From Mogibacterium sp. (lineage in GTDB: Bacteria; Bacillota; Clostridia; Peptostreptococcales; Anaerovoracaceae), in assembly GCF_016775335.1 (NCBI RefSeq), contig NZ_JAEUGJ010000010.1: a stretch of 64,000 nt of DNA; one strand, given 5' to 3'. The notes below the pieces were generated by a model. It did not search any database and was not told where the DNA came from. It was given only the letters and a program-made list of their open reading frames with translations. Positions 41,720 through 51,942 of this stretch are shown one piece after another; the first letter of the stretch is position 1, and the number at the start of each line of letters is the position of its first letter. The position numbers and the translations under genes were made by a program.

Positions 41720-42529
41720 TTATTTTACCCCGTTAATCGCTTCCATCATCTTGATGGCTCTTACATTCTTTTCCACATCGTGTACCCGAACGAAACCGCA
41801 GTGGGTCTGCGCGGCGAGAACCGTGGTCACCAGCGTTCCTTCCTCCCGCTGATCCTTCGGCAGATCTAGCGTCAGGCCGATGACGGATTTTCTGGAGGTG
41901 CCCAGCAGAATCGGATACTCCAGCCGGGTGAACTCATCCAGATGCTTCAGGATGGTGAGGTTCTCCTCATAGCTCTTGGCAAAACCCACGCCCGGATCCA
42001 GGATGATGGCATCCTTCCGTACGCCGGCCTGCAGCGCAATCCGGGCGCTCTTGGTCAGGTCGCCGATCACATCCGTCACCAGATTCTCATATACCGGAAC
42101 CTCGCGGTTGTGGGAGAGGCAGCACGCCGCATCGTATTTTGCGGTCACCGCAGCAATCTTCTCGTCGTACAGGAACCCCCAGATATCGTTTACCAGATCG
42201 GCACCGGCGGAAAGAGCCGCATCTGCCACGGTGCTTTTGTAGGTATCGATGGAAATCGGAAGGTCAATTTCCTTTTTCAGTGCTTCGATCACCGGAACCA
42301 CTCGTTGAATTTCCTCTTCATCGCTGATCTGAGTGTATCCCGGACGGGTGGATTCGCCGCCCACGTCGATGATAGCCGCACCTTCTTCTTTCATTTTCTC
42401 CGCATGGGCGAGGGCGCGGTCCAGGTTGTTCCAACAGCCGCCGTCGGAGAAGGAATCCGGTGTCACGTTGAGGATTCCCATTACATAAGTTCTATTCTTA
42501 AGATCAAATTCTTTGTTTCCGATAATCAT
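41720..42529 (-). CDS. folP: Dihydropteroate synthase
   Basis: MGILNVTPDSFSDGG, GGESTRPG, DPGVGFAK, SRKS, RVHDV. Confidence 0.97.
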   Translation of the reverse strand: MIIGNKEFDLKNRTYVMGILNVTPDSFSDGGCWNNLDRALAHAEKMKEEGAAIIDVGGESTRPGYTQISDEEEIQRVVPVIEALKKEIDLPISIDTYKSTVADAALSAGADLVNDIWGFLYDEKIAAVTAKYDAACCLSHNREVPVYENLVTDVIGDLTKSARIALQAGVRKDAIILDPGVGFAKSYEENLTILKHLDEFTRLEYPILLGTSRKSVIGLTLDLPKDQREEGTLVTTVLAAQTHCGFVRVHDVEKNVRAIKMMEAINGVK

Positions 42530-42996
42530 TTTTCTATCCCTTCGTTCTTAACTTTCCATTTGCACGTATCTGCAGCCTTGCAGCGAAAACACATTCGGGA
42601 AGCCTTGTCCGAACGGTGGAGTAGGGCGCCCAGCCCCGAGCCTCCTTCTTCCCCGTGACCTCGAATGGCCTCCTGAATCAATCTGATTTCCGGTTCCGAA
42701 TATCCGCAGTCCCGAAGAATTCTTTCCGCTATTATCGCACCGGCTTCATCGTGGGAACCGACCCCTCGGTACTCGGCGACCCGTCCGATATCGTGGAGGA
42801 GTGCGGCGGCATAGAGGATGCTTTTGTCGTAATCCAATCCGTCTTCCAGCACCTGAATGTAGGAAATCCGCGCCACGTCCAGCAGGTGTTCCAGCCCGTG
42901 CCGGCAGTAAATGCGGTCCGCCTCCAGCGCCTCGATCTCGTCCAGCAGCCGATTAAATTCTTCGTTCCGTATAATTCGATTATATCTGTCGCCCAT
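42526..42996 (-). CDS. HD-domain phosphohydrolase inside the folate operon
   Basis: HGLEHLLDVAR, AALLHDIG, IRGH, SDK; overlaps the folP start. Confidence 0.85.
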   Translation of the reverse strand: MGDRYNRIIRNEEFNRLLDEIEALEADRIYCRHGLEHLLDVARISYIQVLEDGLDYDKSILYAAALLHDIGRVAEYRGVGSHDEAGAIIAERILRDCGYSEPEIRLIQEAIRGHGEEGGSGLGALLHRSDKASRMCFRCKAADTCKWKVKNEGIEK

Positions 42997-43005
42997 AGCT
43001 TCGTC

Positions 43006-43587
43006 CTAACGGATGCTCAGCAGGTTGAAAAAACTATTTTGCAGGCTGTCGTTCCCGGAGAACACGCCGCGGGTCACCACGTTCACCGTCTTCGTGCCCG
43101 GCTTTTTCACGCCCCGCATGGTCATGCACAGGTGCTCCGCCTCGCACACTACCATCACGCCCGCCGGCTCCAGGCAATCCATAATCGCATCCGCAATCTG
43201 CGCCGTCATGCGTTCCTGCAGCTGCAGCCTTCTGGCATATACCTCCACGGTTCGGGCCAGCTTGGACAGCCCCACAACCTCGCCCTTCGGAATGTAGGCG
43301 ATGTGCACCTTCCCGAAGAACGGCAGCATATGATGCTCGCACATGGAATAGAAATGAATATCCCTTTCCACCACCATCTCGTCGCTGTCAACTGTGAAAA
43401 CCTTCGACAGATGCTCCTTGGCATCCACCGTCATTCCGCCGCAAATCTCCTCGTACATCTTCGCAATTCGATCCGGCGTCTCCACCAGCCCCTCCCGAGA
43501 AGGGTCCTCCCCGATTCCTTCGAGTAGCATAACAACTGCTTTTTTAATTTTTTCTGTATCCACTTCCGTGCTCCTCTCTTCATTCAC
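43006..43587 (-). CDS. folE: GTP cyclohydrolase I
   Basis: [33 protein letters not shown]. Confidence 0.97.
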   Translation of the reverse strand: MNEERSTEVDTEKIKKAVVMLLEGIGEDPSREGLVETPDRIAKMYEEICGGMTVDAKEHLSKVFTVDSDEMVVERDIHFYSMCEHHMLPFFGKVHIAYIPKGEVVGLSKLARTVEVYARRLQLQERMTAQIADAIMDCLEPAGVMVVCEAEHLCMTMRGVKKPGTKTVNVVTRGVFSGNDSLQNSFFNLLSIR

Positions 43588-43605
43588 AGTTTTCGCAATA
43601 ATTTC

Positions 43606-44874
43606 CTAAAAATAAAATTTCTCAATCCCATCCTTAGCCGATCCAAGCAGGGAGAGCGAGCCGGTCACCAGTACCGCGTCGCTTGTCGCTTCTTTTATGG
43701 CGGTCTCAATAGAATCCGATACGTCCGATTTCACACCCACCTTCTCGTACACTGCGGCCAGTTCCTCCTTCGGAAGGCTGCGTCCGCCGTCCGGCAGGTC
43801 GATGCAGATCGCATGGTTCAGCACGCTGCTGAGAATTGCGGCGATTTTCGAATATTCCTTGTCCCTAAAAACACCGGTAACGGCGGTGAATTTCGTGCCC
43901 GGCCAGCATTCCCGGAGCGTTTCCGCCAGGCATTCCGCCGCCGCTTCGTTGTGGGCGCCGTCCAGAATCCAGATTTTGGAGTCCTTTCGGATGATTTCCA
44001 GCCGGCCCGGCCAGCGGGTGGCCGCAAGGCCGTTTCGAATGTTCTCCTCCGTGATTGCCGCGCCGGTTTGCTGAAGGGCAGAGGCAACCTCAATGGCCAC
44101 CGCCGCATTTCGGAGCTGATGACGTCCCAGTAATGTGATGAAATATTCTCTTCCTTTATATAGGAAGGTCTGCCCCTCCGGCGAATTTTCTTCTCGGATG
44201 CATTCCGCGGTATGGGTGATACGGCAGCCCATGTTTTTGACCGCCTCTTCCAGAACATCCATGGCCTCCGGATCCTGAGGCCCGGTCACCACAGCAGCCC
44301 CCGGCTTGATGATGCCGCTCTTGCAGGTGGCGATCTCCCGAAGGGTGCTTCCCAGGATGCCGATGTGATCCATGCTGATGGACGCAAAGGCGCATACCAG
44401 CGGACTCTTAATGACATTGGTGGAATCCAGGTCCCCGCCCATGCCGGTTTCCAGCATCACGTAGTCGCAGCTTCGCTCCTTGAAATATTCAAAGGCGATG
44501 GCAGTCTCCAGTTCGAAAACCGTGGGATGGTTCAGGCCTTTGGCCGTCATTCGGTCCGCCGCATCCTTTACTTTCTGTACCAGTTCCGGAAATTCCGACT
44601 CTGCCATCCATTCGCCGTCAATTTGAAAGCGTTCCAGATAGCCGAAGACGGAAGGGGAGCAGTAGCAGCCCACTCGGTATCCGGCATCCATGAGTATGTT
44701 TTTAGTGTAGGAAAGGATGGACCCCTTTCCGTTGGTGCCCGCAATGTGGACAATTCGAAGATCGTCCTGCGGGTTATCCAGCTCCTCCATAAGCACTCGT
44801 ATGGAGTCCAGGCCCAGGATAATCCCGGACGCGGACACGTTATCCAGGTATTCCCTGGCTTCGATATAATTCAC
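43606..44874 (-). CDS. folC: Dihydrofolate synthase / folylpolyglutamate synthase (probable GTG start 44874)
   Basis: HIAGTNGKGS, ETGMGGDLDSTN, WPGRLE, LDGAHN; GAGGAG RBS before GTG 44874. Confidence 0.94.
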   Translation of the reverse strand: MNYIEAREYLDNVSASGIILGLDSIRVLMEELDNPQDDLRIVHIAGTNGKGSILSYTKNILMDAGYRVGCYCSPSVFGYLERFQIDGEWMAESEFPELVQKVKDAADRMTAKGLNHPTVFELETAIAFEYFKERSCDYVMLETGMGGDLDSTNVIKSPLVCAFASISMDHIGILGSTLREIATCKSGIIKPGAAVVTGPQDPEAMDVLEEAVKNMGCRITHTAECIREENSPEGQTFLYKGREYFITLLGRHQLRNAAVAIEVASALQQTGAAITEENIRNGLAATRWPGRLEIIRKDSKIWILDGAHNEAAAECLAETLRECWPGTKFTAVTGVFRDKEYSKIAAILSSVLNHAICIDLPDGGRSLPKEELAAVYEKVGVKSDVSDSIETAIKEATSDAVLVTGSLSLLGSAKDGIEKFYF

Positions 44875-45116
44875 TTTTCCACTCCTCGCTGTGTATATCT
44901 GTCTTTTTGAAAGCCCCAACCGCTTGAAAAACAGGGCTCATTTCAAAAACCATAACCTTTAAAATAATATCATAGAACCATTGGAATTTAAACATAAACG
45001 GGGAAACAAATGAGAAAATGTGATGGTTTGATAACCGATGAAAAATATCCTTGCAAAGTGAAAAACCCCTTGGTAGACTTCAAAGGAAGAAACAAAAAGA
45101 GAGGACATTATAGGTA

Positions 45117-46046
45117 ATGATTGGTTTTATTCTAGGTATTGTGGTAGGCTGCGCCCAGCCCATCATGACGAGTCTGAACACGAAGCTCAGCCAGCGTCTG
45201 CGGTCGCCGCTTCTGCCGAGTTGTACGACATTCATACTGGCGATGATTCTCACCGGCTGCGTTCTGTTGGTGCTTCAGGGCAATCTGTACATTCCCCTGG
45301 GGACAATTGCCAAGGAACCTTGGTGGATTTGGACGGGCGGGATCTGCGGAGATATCATCGTCATCTTCAGCATTTTGTGCCTGCCGAAGCTGGGAAGCGT
45401 AGAGACTGTGGTTTTCCTGGTGCTGGGACAAATTGTATCCGGACTGTACATCGACCATTTCGGTGTGTTTGAATCTGCGGTAATCCCTATGACCCTCCTG
45501 AGAGCGGTGGGGGCGGTCCTTGTTTTTGCCAGCGTGGTAGCGGTTTCCGGAAACATCAAATCGGACGCACCGGAGAAAGCCAAGGGCGTGAACTTCTACC
45601 GATTCCTGGACTTCATCGCGGGCGTGGCCTGTTCCGTGCAGATTGCGGTGAACGGACGATTGGGCATCGTGGCGGGACTCAGCTTCCGAGCCACCATCAT
45701 CTCCATGATTATGGGATTGCTGGGGGCACTGGCGGTGATTCTCGTCCTCCGGCTGACCAAGGGTCCGGGCAGCATCATCGATCCGAGCCTCCCGAAAATC
45801 AAGGGACATTGGTGGATGTGGACCGGCGGACTGTGTTCTTTTACCATTGTGGGCGGAAACGTCATCCTGCAGCTGCTCATGGGCACGGGACTGGCGACCA
45901 TCCTCAATATTTTGGGGCAGACACTCGCCGGCGTGGTGATCGATGCCACCGGATTCCTGGGGATTCCGAAGAAGCCGGTGACCCCGCGCAAAATCATCGG
46001 ACTGGCGGTCATGGTTGCGGGCACGGCATTGATCAGTTATTTTTAG
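45117..46046 (+). CDS. DMT family transporter (two YdcZ-like repeats)
   Basis: About 10 TMs with internal duplication (WWIWTGG / WWMWTGG; GQ...IDHFG / GQ...IDATG). Confidence 0.82.
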   Translation: MIGFILGIVVGCAQPIMTSLNTKLSQRLRSPLLPSCTTFILAMILTGCVLLVLQGNLYIPLGTIAKEPWWIWTGGICGDIIVIFSILCLPKLGSVETVVFLVLGQIVSGLYIDHFGVFESAVIPMTLLRAVGAVLVFASVVAVSGNIKSDAPEKAKGVNFYRFLDFIAGVACSVQIAVNGRLGIVAGLSFRATIISMIMGLLGALAVILVLRLTKGPGSIIDPSLPKIKGHWWMWTGGLCSFTIVGGNVILQLLMGTGLATILNILGQTLAGVVIDATGFLGIPKKPVTPRKIIGLAVMVAGTALISYF

Positions 46047-46066
46047 TTTCGTAAAAGGAGGTTGTC

Positions 46067-46891
46067 ATGAAGATGAAGGTTGCGGTGCTGCAGACCAAAG
46101 TGTTTGCGGACAAGAACGAGAATCTGGAGCAGGTGAAAGCGCTGATGGCGCGGGAGGATGTGGCCGCTTGTGACCTGGTGACCCTTCCGGAAATGTGGAA
46201 CTGTCCGTATCAGACGGAGAACTTCCCCATCTATGCGGAGAGAGAGGACAGCGAGTTCGTCCGGGCCCTCGCGGAACTGGCCAAGAAGCACCACGTGTAT
46301 TTCCAGGCGGGGTCGATTCCGGAGGTGGACGATGCCGGACACGTGTACAACACCGCCTATACGTTTGACCGGGAGGGAACGCGCATCGGAAAATATCGGA
46401 AGGTGCATCTCTTTGATATTTTCGTAAAAGGAGGGCAGGTGTTCAAGGAGTCCGACACCCTGACGGCGGGGGATGCCTTCCAAGTATTCGATACGGAATT
46501 TGGAAAAATGGGCGTGAATATCTGTTTCGACATCCGTTTCCCGGAAAGTGCGCGAATCCCAACCCTCAACGGGGCGCGAATCCTCATGAATCCGGGGGCC
46601 TTTAACATGACTACCGGACCGGCCCACTGGGAGCTGGCCTTCCGTCAGCGGGCGGTGGAGAACCAGGTGTACATAATCGGGGCGGCGCCGGCCCGGGATC
46701 CGGAGGCGGGGTACACCTCCTGGGGCCATTCCATCATCACGGATCCGTGGGGACACGTGGTGGTGCAGTTGGACGAGAAGGAAGGCGTGGCCATCGCCGA
46801 GCTGGATCTGGATGAGATCGACCGCACCCGAGAAAACCTGCCGTTCCTGAGCGCCAGGAGAACGGACCTGTACCGGCTGGAGGAAGTGTAG
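46067..46891 (+). CDS. Carbon-nitrogen hydrolase (Nit2/omega-amidase-like)
   Basis: LPEMWN, KYRKVHLFD, ICFDIRFPE catalytic triad; AFNMTTGPAHW. Confidence 0.9.
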   Translation: MKMKVAVLQTKVFADKNENLEQVKALMAREDVAACDLVTLPEMWNCPYQTENFPIYAEREDSEFVRALAELAKKHHVYFQAGSIPEVDDAGHVYNTAYTFDREGTRIGKYRKVHLFDIFVKGGQVFKESDTLTAGDAFQVFDTEFGKMGVNICFDIRFPESARIPTLNGARILMNPGAFNMTTGPAHWELAFRQRAVENQVYIIGAAPARDPEAGYTSWGHSIITDPWGHVVVQLDEKEGVAIAELDLDEIDRTRENLPFLSARRTDLYRLEEV

Positions 46892-46920
46892 ATCGGAGTG
46901 CAGAGTGAATAGCGATGAAA

Positions 46921-46949
46921 AGAGCCCCGGGCAAATCGCTCGGGGCTCT
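46921..46949. terminator. Bidirectional terminator hairpin
   Basis: AGAGCCCCGGGC-aaatc-GCTCGGGGCTCT between convergent genes. Confidence 0.75.
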
Positions 46950-46965
46950 CTTAATTCACTTTGCA

Positions 46966-47334
46966 TTATGCTTTCCAAAGTCCGTGCAAGTTGCAGTACG
47001 CGTATACCGCAACGACGGAATCGTCCTCCGTCAGCGCGAATTCCAGCGTCGGCTTGTCGCCCGGCTGAAGGGTTTTCCGCTGAGCCCCTTTCTCCGTTTC
47101 CACGGCAATCCATTCGATATAGTGATTTTCTACCATTGGATGTTCCACTGAACCGACAGTTACCTTCACCTTGTTTCCATCAACCACATAGGAAGGCACG
47201 TGCTTTTCCGCTGCGCCGTCCGAAGTTCCCGGAATCAGTTCCGTCATCTTCTGTCCGCAGCATACCATCGGAACACCGCTATCGCGGATCATGCCAATCA
47301 AATTGCCGCAGTGTTCACATACTAAGAATTTCAT
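46966..47334 (-). CDS. Desulfoferrodoxin / superoxide reductase
   Basis: CEHCGN...CCG, EKHVP, HPM...HYIEWI, CNLHGLW. Confidence 0.95.
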   Translation of the reverse strand: MKFLVCEHCGNLIGMIRDSGVPMVCCGQKMTELIPGTSDGAAEKHVPSYVVDGNKVKVTVGSVEHPMVENHYIEWIAVETEKGAQRKTLQPGDKPTLEFALTEDDSVVAVYAYCNLHGLWKA

Positions 47335-47477
47335 TTGCTTTACCTCCTTTGATTAATTTCCCATCGTTACCGATGCATTTGCAGAACCATGTGCCAATGG
47401 GGCATATGGTTCATATATAATATCACGTTTTCGGAGAGAATTCTCATTTTTAGAGAAAATAGATTATCCACTTTTTT

Positions 47478-47599
47478 CGCCACGCCAACACCGGCGCCTT
47501 TTCCTCGGCGCGCGGCTGTCCATGTTGGCGTTGGCCTCACTGCAAAGCCTTTGTCTTTCGCCACGCCACGCCAACACCGGAGCCTTTTCCTCGGCGCGC
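47478..47599. repeat. Two 36-bp GC-rich direct repeats (1 mismatch) separated by 50 bp
   Basis: CGCCACGCCAACACCGG(C/A)GCCTTTTCCTCGGCGCGC at 47478-47513 and 47564-47599. Confidence 0.85.
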
Positions 47600-47791
47600 C
47601 CTCCACGAGCCCGGCCTCCGCGCCGTCGGTTTTATATACTGTTTTGTACAGAATATTATGCTGTATTTAATTAGATACTTTAAATATATTCATAAAATAT
47701 AATAAAAGGTAAAGCTACATGGTATAATGTCATAAAAATAACGTGCACCCGAACATGGAAAACTGTGCAAACCAACAAAGGAGGAAAGGGT

Positions 47792-48265
47792 ATGCTAGAC
47801 GCACAATATTATGAGAAGACAGATGAAATCATCGCCAACCATACAAGAGAAGAACGTTCACTGATTCCGATTATTCAGGATATTCAGGAAGAATATCGGT
47901 ATCTTCCGCCGGAGCTGCTGACGTATGTGGCGAAGGAGATTGGAATTACCGAAGCCAAGGCATTCAGTGTGGCCAGCTTCTACGAGAATTTTTCCTTTGA
48001 GCCAAAAGGAAAATACGTAATCAAGGTCTGTGACGGGACGGCCTGTCACGTGCGGAAGTCCATTCCGATTCTGAATGCGCTGAACAAAGAATTGGGACTG
48101 AACGAGCATAAACATACCTCGGACGATATGCTTTTCACCGTAGAAACGGTTTCCTGCCTGGGCGCCTGCGGACTGGCGCCGGCGATTACCGTGAACGATG
48201 AAGTGCACCCGAAGATGTCGCCGGAGAAAGCAATGGATCTGCTGGAAGAACTGAGAGGTGAATAG
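47792..48265 (+). CDS. hydC: [FeFe]-hydrogenase gamma subunit (NuoE-like, 2Fe-2S)
   Basis: VCDGTACH, SCLGACGLAP; AGGAGG RBS; start ATG 47792. Confidence 0.9.
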   Translation: MLDAQYYEKTDEIIANHTREERSLIPIIQDIQEEYRYLPPELLTYVAKEIGITEAKAFSVASFYENFSFEPKGKYVIKVCDGTACHVRKSIPILNALNKELGLNEHKHTSDDMLFTVETVSCLGACGLAPAITVNDEVHPKMSPEKAMDLLEELRGE

Positions 48266-50156
48266 GATGAAGCTTGAAAACAGAACGGAACTGAAAGAGT
48301 ATCGGGCGGAATGTCAGAAGAAGCAAAGCGCCGACTGCAGGGTGCTGGTGTGCGGCGGAACCGGATGCCTGGCCAGCGGATCCGATAAAATCTACGAAAA
48401 GCTCAAGGAGCTGACCAAAGAAAATGCCGGTGTCGAAGTAAAAATCGGGGAAGAGATTGCCCATGCCGGTACCGAGTACGTGCATACAACGGTGATGAAG
48501 AGCGGTTGCCACGGTTTCTGCGAAATGGGCCCGTTGGTACGAATCGAGCCGTACAATTATTTATACATCAAAGTAAAGCTGGAAGACTGTGAAGAAATCT
48601 ACCGGGAGACCGTTCTGGGAGGAAGACCGATTGAGCGCCTGATGTACAAGATGGACGGCGTAACCTATCCGTCCCAGGAAGAGATTCCGTTCTATGCAAA
48701 GCAGACGAGACTGGTGCTGAAGCATTGCGGACACATCGATGCGGAGCATATCGAAGGCGCTTTGGCCGTGGGCGGATACAAAGGAATCGAAAAAGCTATT
48801 TTTGAAATGACGCCGGAAGCGGTCATTCAGTGCATTTACGATTCCAAGTTGCGGGGCCGCGGCGGTGCAGGCTTCCAGACCGGAAAGAAATGGAAGCAGG
48901 TGGCATCCCAGGAAGAAAAGATTCGCTACGTGGTATGTAACGGTGATGAAGGCGATCCGGGTGCATTTATGGATCGAAGCATCATGGAAGGCGACCCGCA
49001 CCGCATGATCGAAGGCATGATGATTGCGGCATACGCGGTTCAGGCACAGGAAGGATATATCTACGTGCGTGCAGAATATCCGCTGGCCATCGAAAGACTG
49101 AAGACCGCCATTCAACAGGCAGAGGCGATTGGGCTGCTGGGCGACAATATTCTGGGAACGGATTTCAGCTTCCACCTCCACATCAATCGAGGCGCCGGTG
49201 CTTTCGTATGCGGCGAAGGAAGTGCTCTGACCGCATCCATTGAAGGTCGGAGAGGCATGCCGAGGGTCAAGCCGCCGCGTACCGTTGCACAGGGACTTTG
49301 GGCAAAACCGACGGTCCTGAACAACGTGGAAACCTACGCCAATGTACCGATGATTTTACTGAACGGTGCGGATTGGTACAGGGGAATCGGTACGCCGGAC
49401 AGCCCAGGCACCAAGGCGTTTGCCCTGACCGGCAACGTAAGAAACACGGGCCTCATCGAAGTTCCGATGGGAATTACGCTGCGGGAAGTCATTTACGACA
49501 TTGGCGGCGGATTGCAGAACGATAAAGAATTCAAGGCCGTACAGATTGGCGGACCGTCCGGCGGCTGTCTGACAAAGGATCAGCTGGACAGCAAAATGGA
49601 TTTCGATTCCCTGGCAAAGATCGGTGCCATGATCGGATCCGGCGGCCTTGTTATCATGGACGAGGACACCTGCATGGTAGAGGTTGCACGATTCTTCATG
49701 AGCTTCACTCAAAGAGAGAGCTGCGGAAAGTGCGTGCCGTGCCGAGAAGGAACGAAGCGAATGCTGGAAATCCTGGAACGAATTGTTGCGGGAAAAGGAA
49801 AGCCGTCGGATATGGACGAACTCCGGGAGCTGGCGGACATGATTGAATGCACCGCCCTTTGCGGACTGGGCAAGAGCGCACCGAAGCCGGTCATCAGTAC
49901 CATGAATGCATTTGAAGACGAGTATCTGGAACACATCAACGAGAAAAAATGCAGAACGGGAATCTGCTCCAACTTGCGGAGATTCCGAATTGATCCGGAG
50001 AAATGCAAGGGATGCTCGAAGTGCGCACGGAACTGTCCGGCAGGCGCAATTGAAGGCGAGCTGAAATCGCCGTATCACATCAATCAGGAAAAATGTATCA
50101 AGTGCGGTGCTTGTATGGAACAATGTCCGTTCAAGGCCATTCATATCGAAAAGTAG
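48258..50156 (+). CDS. hydB: [FeFe]-hydrogenase beta subunit (NuoF-like, FMN/NADH binding)
   Basis: LRGRGGAGF, CNGDEGDPGAFMDR, GAGAFVCGE, ESCGKCVPCREG, two C-terminal 4Fe-4S motifs. Start may be ATG 48267. Confidence 0.92.
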   Translation: MNRMKLENRTELKEYRAECQKKQSADCRVLVCGGTGCLASGSDKIYEKLKELTKENAGVEVKIGEEIAHAGTEYVHTTVMKSGCHGFCEMGPLVRIEPYNYLYIKVKLEDCEEIYRETVLGGRPIERLMYKMDGVTYPSQEEIPFYAKQTRLVLKHCGHIDAEHIEGALAVGGYKGIEKAIFEMTPEAVIQCIYDSKLRGRGGAGFQTGKKWKQVASQEEKIRYVVCNGDEGDPGAFMDRSIMEGDPHRMIEGMMIAAYAVQAQEGYIYVRAEYPLAIERLKTAIQQAEAIGLLGDNILGTDFSFHLHINRGAGAFVCGEGSALTASIEGRRGMPRVKPPRTVAQGLWAKPTVLNNVETYANVPMILLNGADWYRGIGTPDSPGTKAFALTGNVRNTGLIEVPMGITLREVIYDIGGGLQNDKEFKAVQIGGPSGGCLTKDQLDSKMDFDSLAKIGAMIGSGGLVIMDEDTCMVEVARFFMSFTQRESCGKCVPCREGTKRMLEILERIVAGKGKPSDMDELRELADMIECTALCGLGKSAPKPVISTMNAFEDEYLEHINEKKCRTGICSNLRRFRIDPEKCKGCSKCARNCPAGAIEGELKSPYHINQEKCIKCGACMEQCPFKAIHIEK

Positions 50157-50167
50157 GAGGGACGATT

Positions 50168-51868
50168 ATGGGATATATGACAATTGATGGGAGAACGGTA
50201 GAATTTACCGATGAGCCGAATGTGCTCGCCGTCATTCGCAAGGCAGGCATCGATATACCAACACTTTGCTATCATTCGGAGCTGTCCGTGTACGGCGCCT
50301 GTCGTCTGTGCACGGTGGAAAATGAGCGAGGAAAGACCTTCGCCTCCTGCTCCGAGCCGCCGAGAGACGGAATGATCGTCTACACCAATACGCCGCGCCT
50401 GATGAAGTATCGGAAGCTCATCCTGGAGCTTTTGCTGGCAGCGCATTGCAGAGACTGTACCACCTGCATCAAGAGCGGCGAGTGTCAGCTGCAGGCACTG
50501 GCGCACCGCATGGGCGTGGAGACCATTCGATTTGAAAATACCAAAGAGCAGCATCCGTTGGATTTCAGTTCTCCGTCCATCGTGCGGGATCCGAATAAGT
50601 GCATTCTCTGCGGAGACTGCGTCCGCATGTGCGACAACGTGCAGTCAGTGAACGCCATCGACTTTGCGTATCGGGGCACCCGGGCGCTGGTAACACCTGC
50701 TTTTAACAAGAAAATTGCTGAGACAGACTGCGTCAACTGCGGACAGTGCCGCGTGGTATGTCCCACCGGCGCCATCAGTATTCACACGAATACGGACACC
50801 GTTTGGGATCTTCTGGCGGATAAAAACACGAAGGTCGTGGCGCAGATTGCTCCGGCAGTACGCGTTGCGGTAGGAGATCGGTTCGGTCTGCCAAAGGGTG
50901 AAAACGTGATGGGCAAACTGGTAAACGTGCTGCACCGGCTGGGCTTCGATGAAGTATATGATACCTCCTACGGTGCAGACCTGACGGTCATCGAGGAATC
51001 CGAAGAGCTGTTGAACCGTCTGGAAGCCGGCGAGAACCTTCCGCTGTTCACCTCCTGCTGTCCGGCATGGGTGAAATTCTGCGAGGAACGTTATCCGGAC
51101 CTGGCAAAGAATCTGTCCACTTGCCGCTCGCCGCAGCAGATGTTCGGCGCGGTAGTGCGGGAATACTATAAGGATCCGGAGAAGAGCGGCGGCAAGAGAA
51201 TCGTTTCGGTTTCCATCATGCCGTGTACCGCTAAAAAAGAAGAAATTCTGAGACCGGAGTCCACCACCAACGGAAAACAGGATATCGATTATGTTCTGAC
51301 CACAACGGAACTGATCGGCATGATTCGAAAAGCCGGAATCCGTTTCGAAGATTTGGAGATTGAGGCAACGGATATGCCGTTCGGCATCGGATCCGGAGCC
51401 GGCGTCATCTTCGGTGTTACCGGCGGTGTGACGGAAGCGGTTCTGAGACGCCTCCGGGAAGGCCACAACCGTGCGGATATGGAGAAGATTAAATTCAGCG
51501 GCGTTCGCGGCGAAGACGGACTCAAAGAAGTGGCGTTCGATTACAACGGACGCACCATCCGTGCCGCGGTTGTAAACGGTCTGGGCAATGCGAACAGCCT
51601 GATGAAGAGAATTCAGAGCGGCGAAGTGCAGTACGATTTCGTGGAAGTCATGGCCTGCCGACGAGGATGCATCATGGGCGGCGGACAGCCGGTACCGGTG
51701 GATCCGGAAAGCCGAATTGCGAGAAGCAAGGGCATCTACAACACGGACATCAACACGCAGATCAAGAAGTCCAATGAGAACCCGTTGGTTCAGTCGCTGT
51801 ACGACGGCCTGCTGAAGGGAAAGACCCACGAACTGCTGCACCGAAATTTTGAAGCGGCAGAGAAATAA
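50168..51868 (+). CDS. hydA: [FeFe]-hydrogenase catalytic subunit (group A, trimeric electron-bifurcating type)
   Basis: H-cluster motifs TSCCPAW, MPCTAKKEE, EVMACRRGCIMGGGQP; N-terminal Fe-S motifs; AGGAGG RBS before ATG 50168. Confidence 0.93.
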   Translation: MGYMTIDGRTVEFTDEPNVLAVIRKAGIDIPTLCYHSELSVYGACRLCTVENERGKTFASCSEPPRDGMIVYTNTPRLMKYRKLILELLLAAHCRDCTTCIKSGECQLQALAHRMGVETIRFENTKEQHPLDFSSPSIVRDPNKCILCGDCVRMCDNVQSVNAIDFAYRGTRALVTPAFNKKIAETDCVNCGQCRVVCPTGAISIHTNTDTVWDLLADKNTKVVAQIAPAVRVAVGDRFGLPKGENVMGKLVNVLHRLGFDEVYDTSYGADLTVIEESEELLNRLEAGENLPLFTSCCPAWVKFCEERYPDLAKNLSTCRSPQQMFGAVVREYYKDPEKSGGKRIVSVSIMPCTAKKEEILRPESTTNGKQDIDYVLTTTELIGMIRKAGIRFEDLEIEATDMPFGIGSGAGVIFGVTGGVTEAVLRRLREGHNRADMEKIKFSGVRGEDGLKEVAFDYNGRTIRAAVVNGLGNANSLMKRIQSGEVQYDFVEVMACRRGCIMGGGQPVPVDPESRIARSKGIYNTDINTQIKKSNENPLVQSLYDGLLKGKTHELLHRNFEAAEK

Positions 51869-51898
51869 GCGAGCTTTAGTAAAATGATGTAGATAGCG

Positions 51899-51940
51899 AA
51901 AATCCCCACCTTGACGGATACTCCGATGGGTGGGGATTTT
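51899..51940. terminator. Bidirectional terminator between hydA and proC
   Basis: AAAATCCCCACC ... GGTGGGGATTTT. Confidence 0.7.
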
Positions 51941-51942
51941 GC

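Noticed and set aside
47478..47599. CRISPR array (36-bp repeats)
   Set aside because: Only two units, the spacer is partly complementary to the repeat, there is no typical repeat terminus, and no cas genes are in the window.
47640..47790. Rex operator upstream of the hydrogenase
   Set aside because: No convincing TTGTGAA-N4-TTCACAA-like palindrome found.
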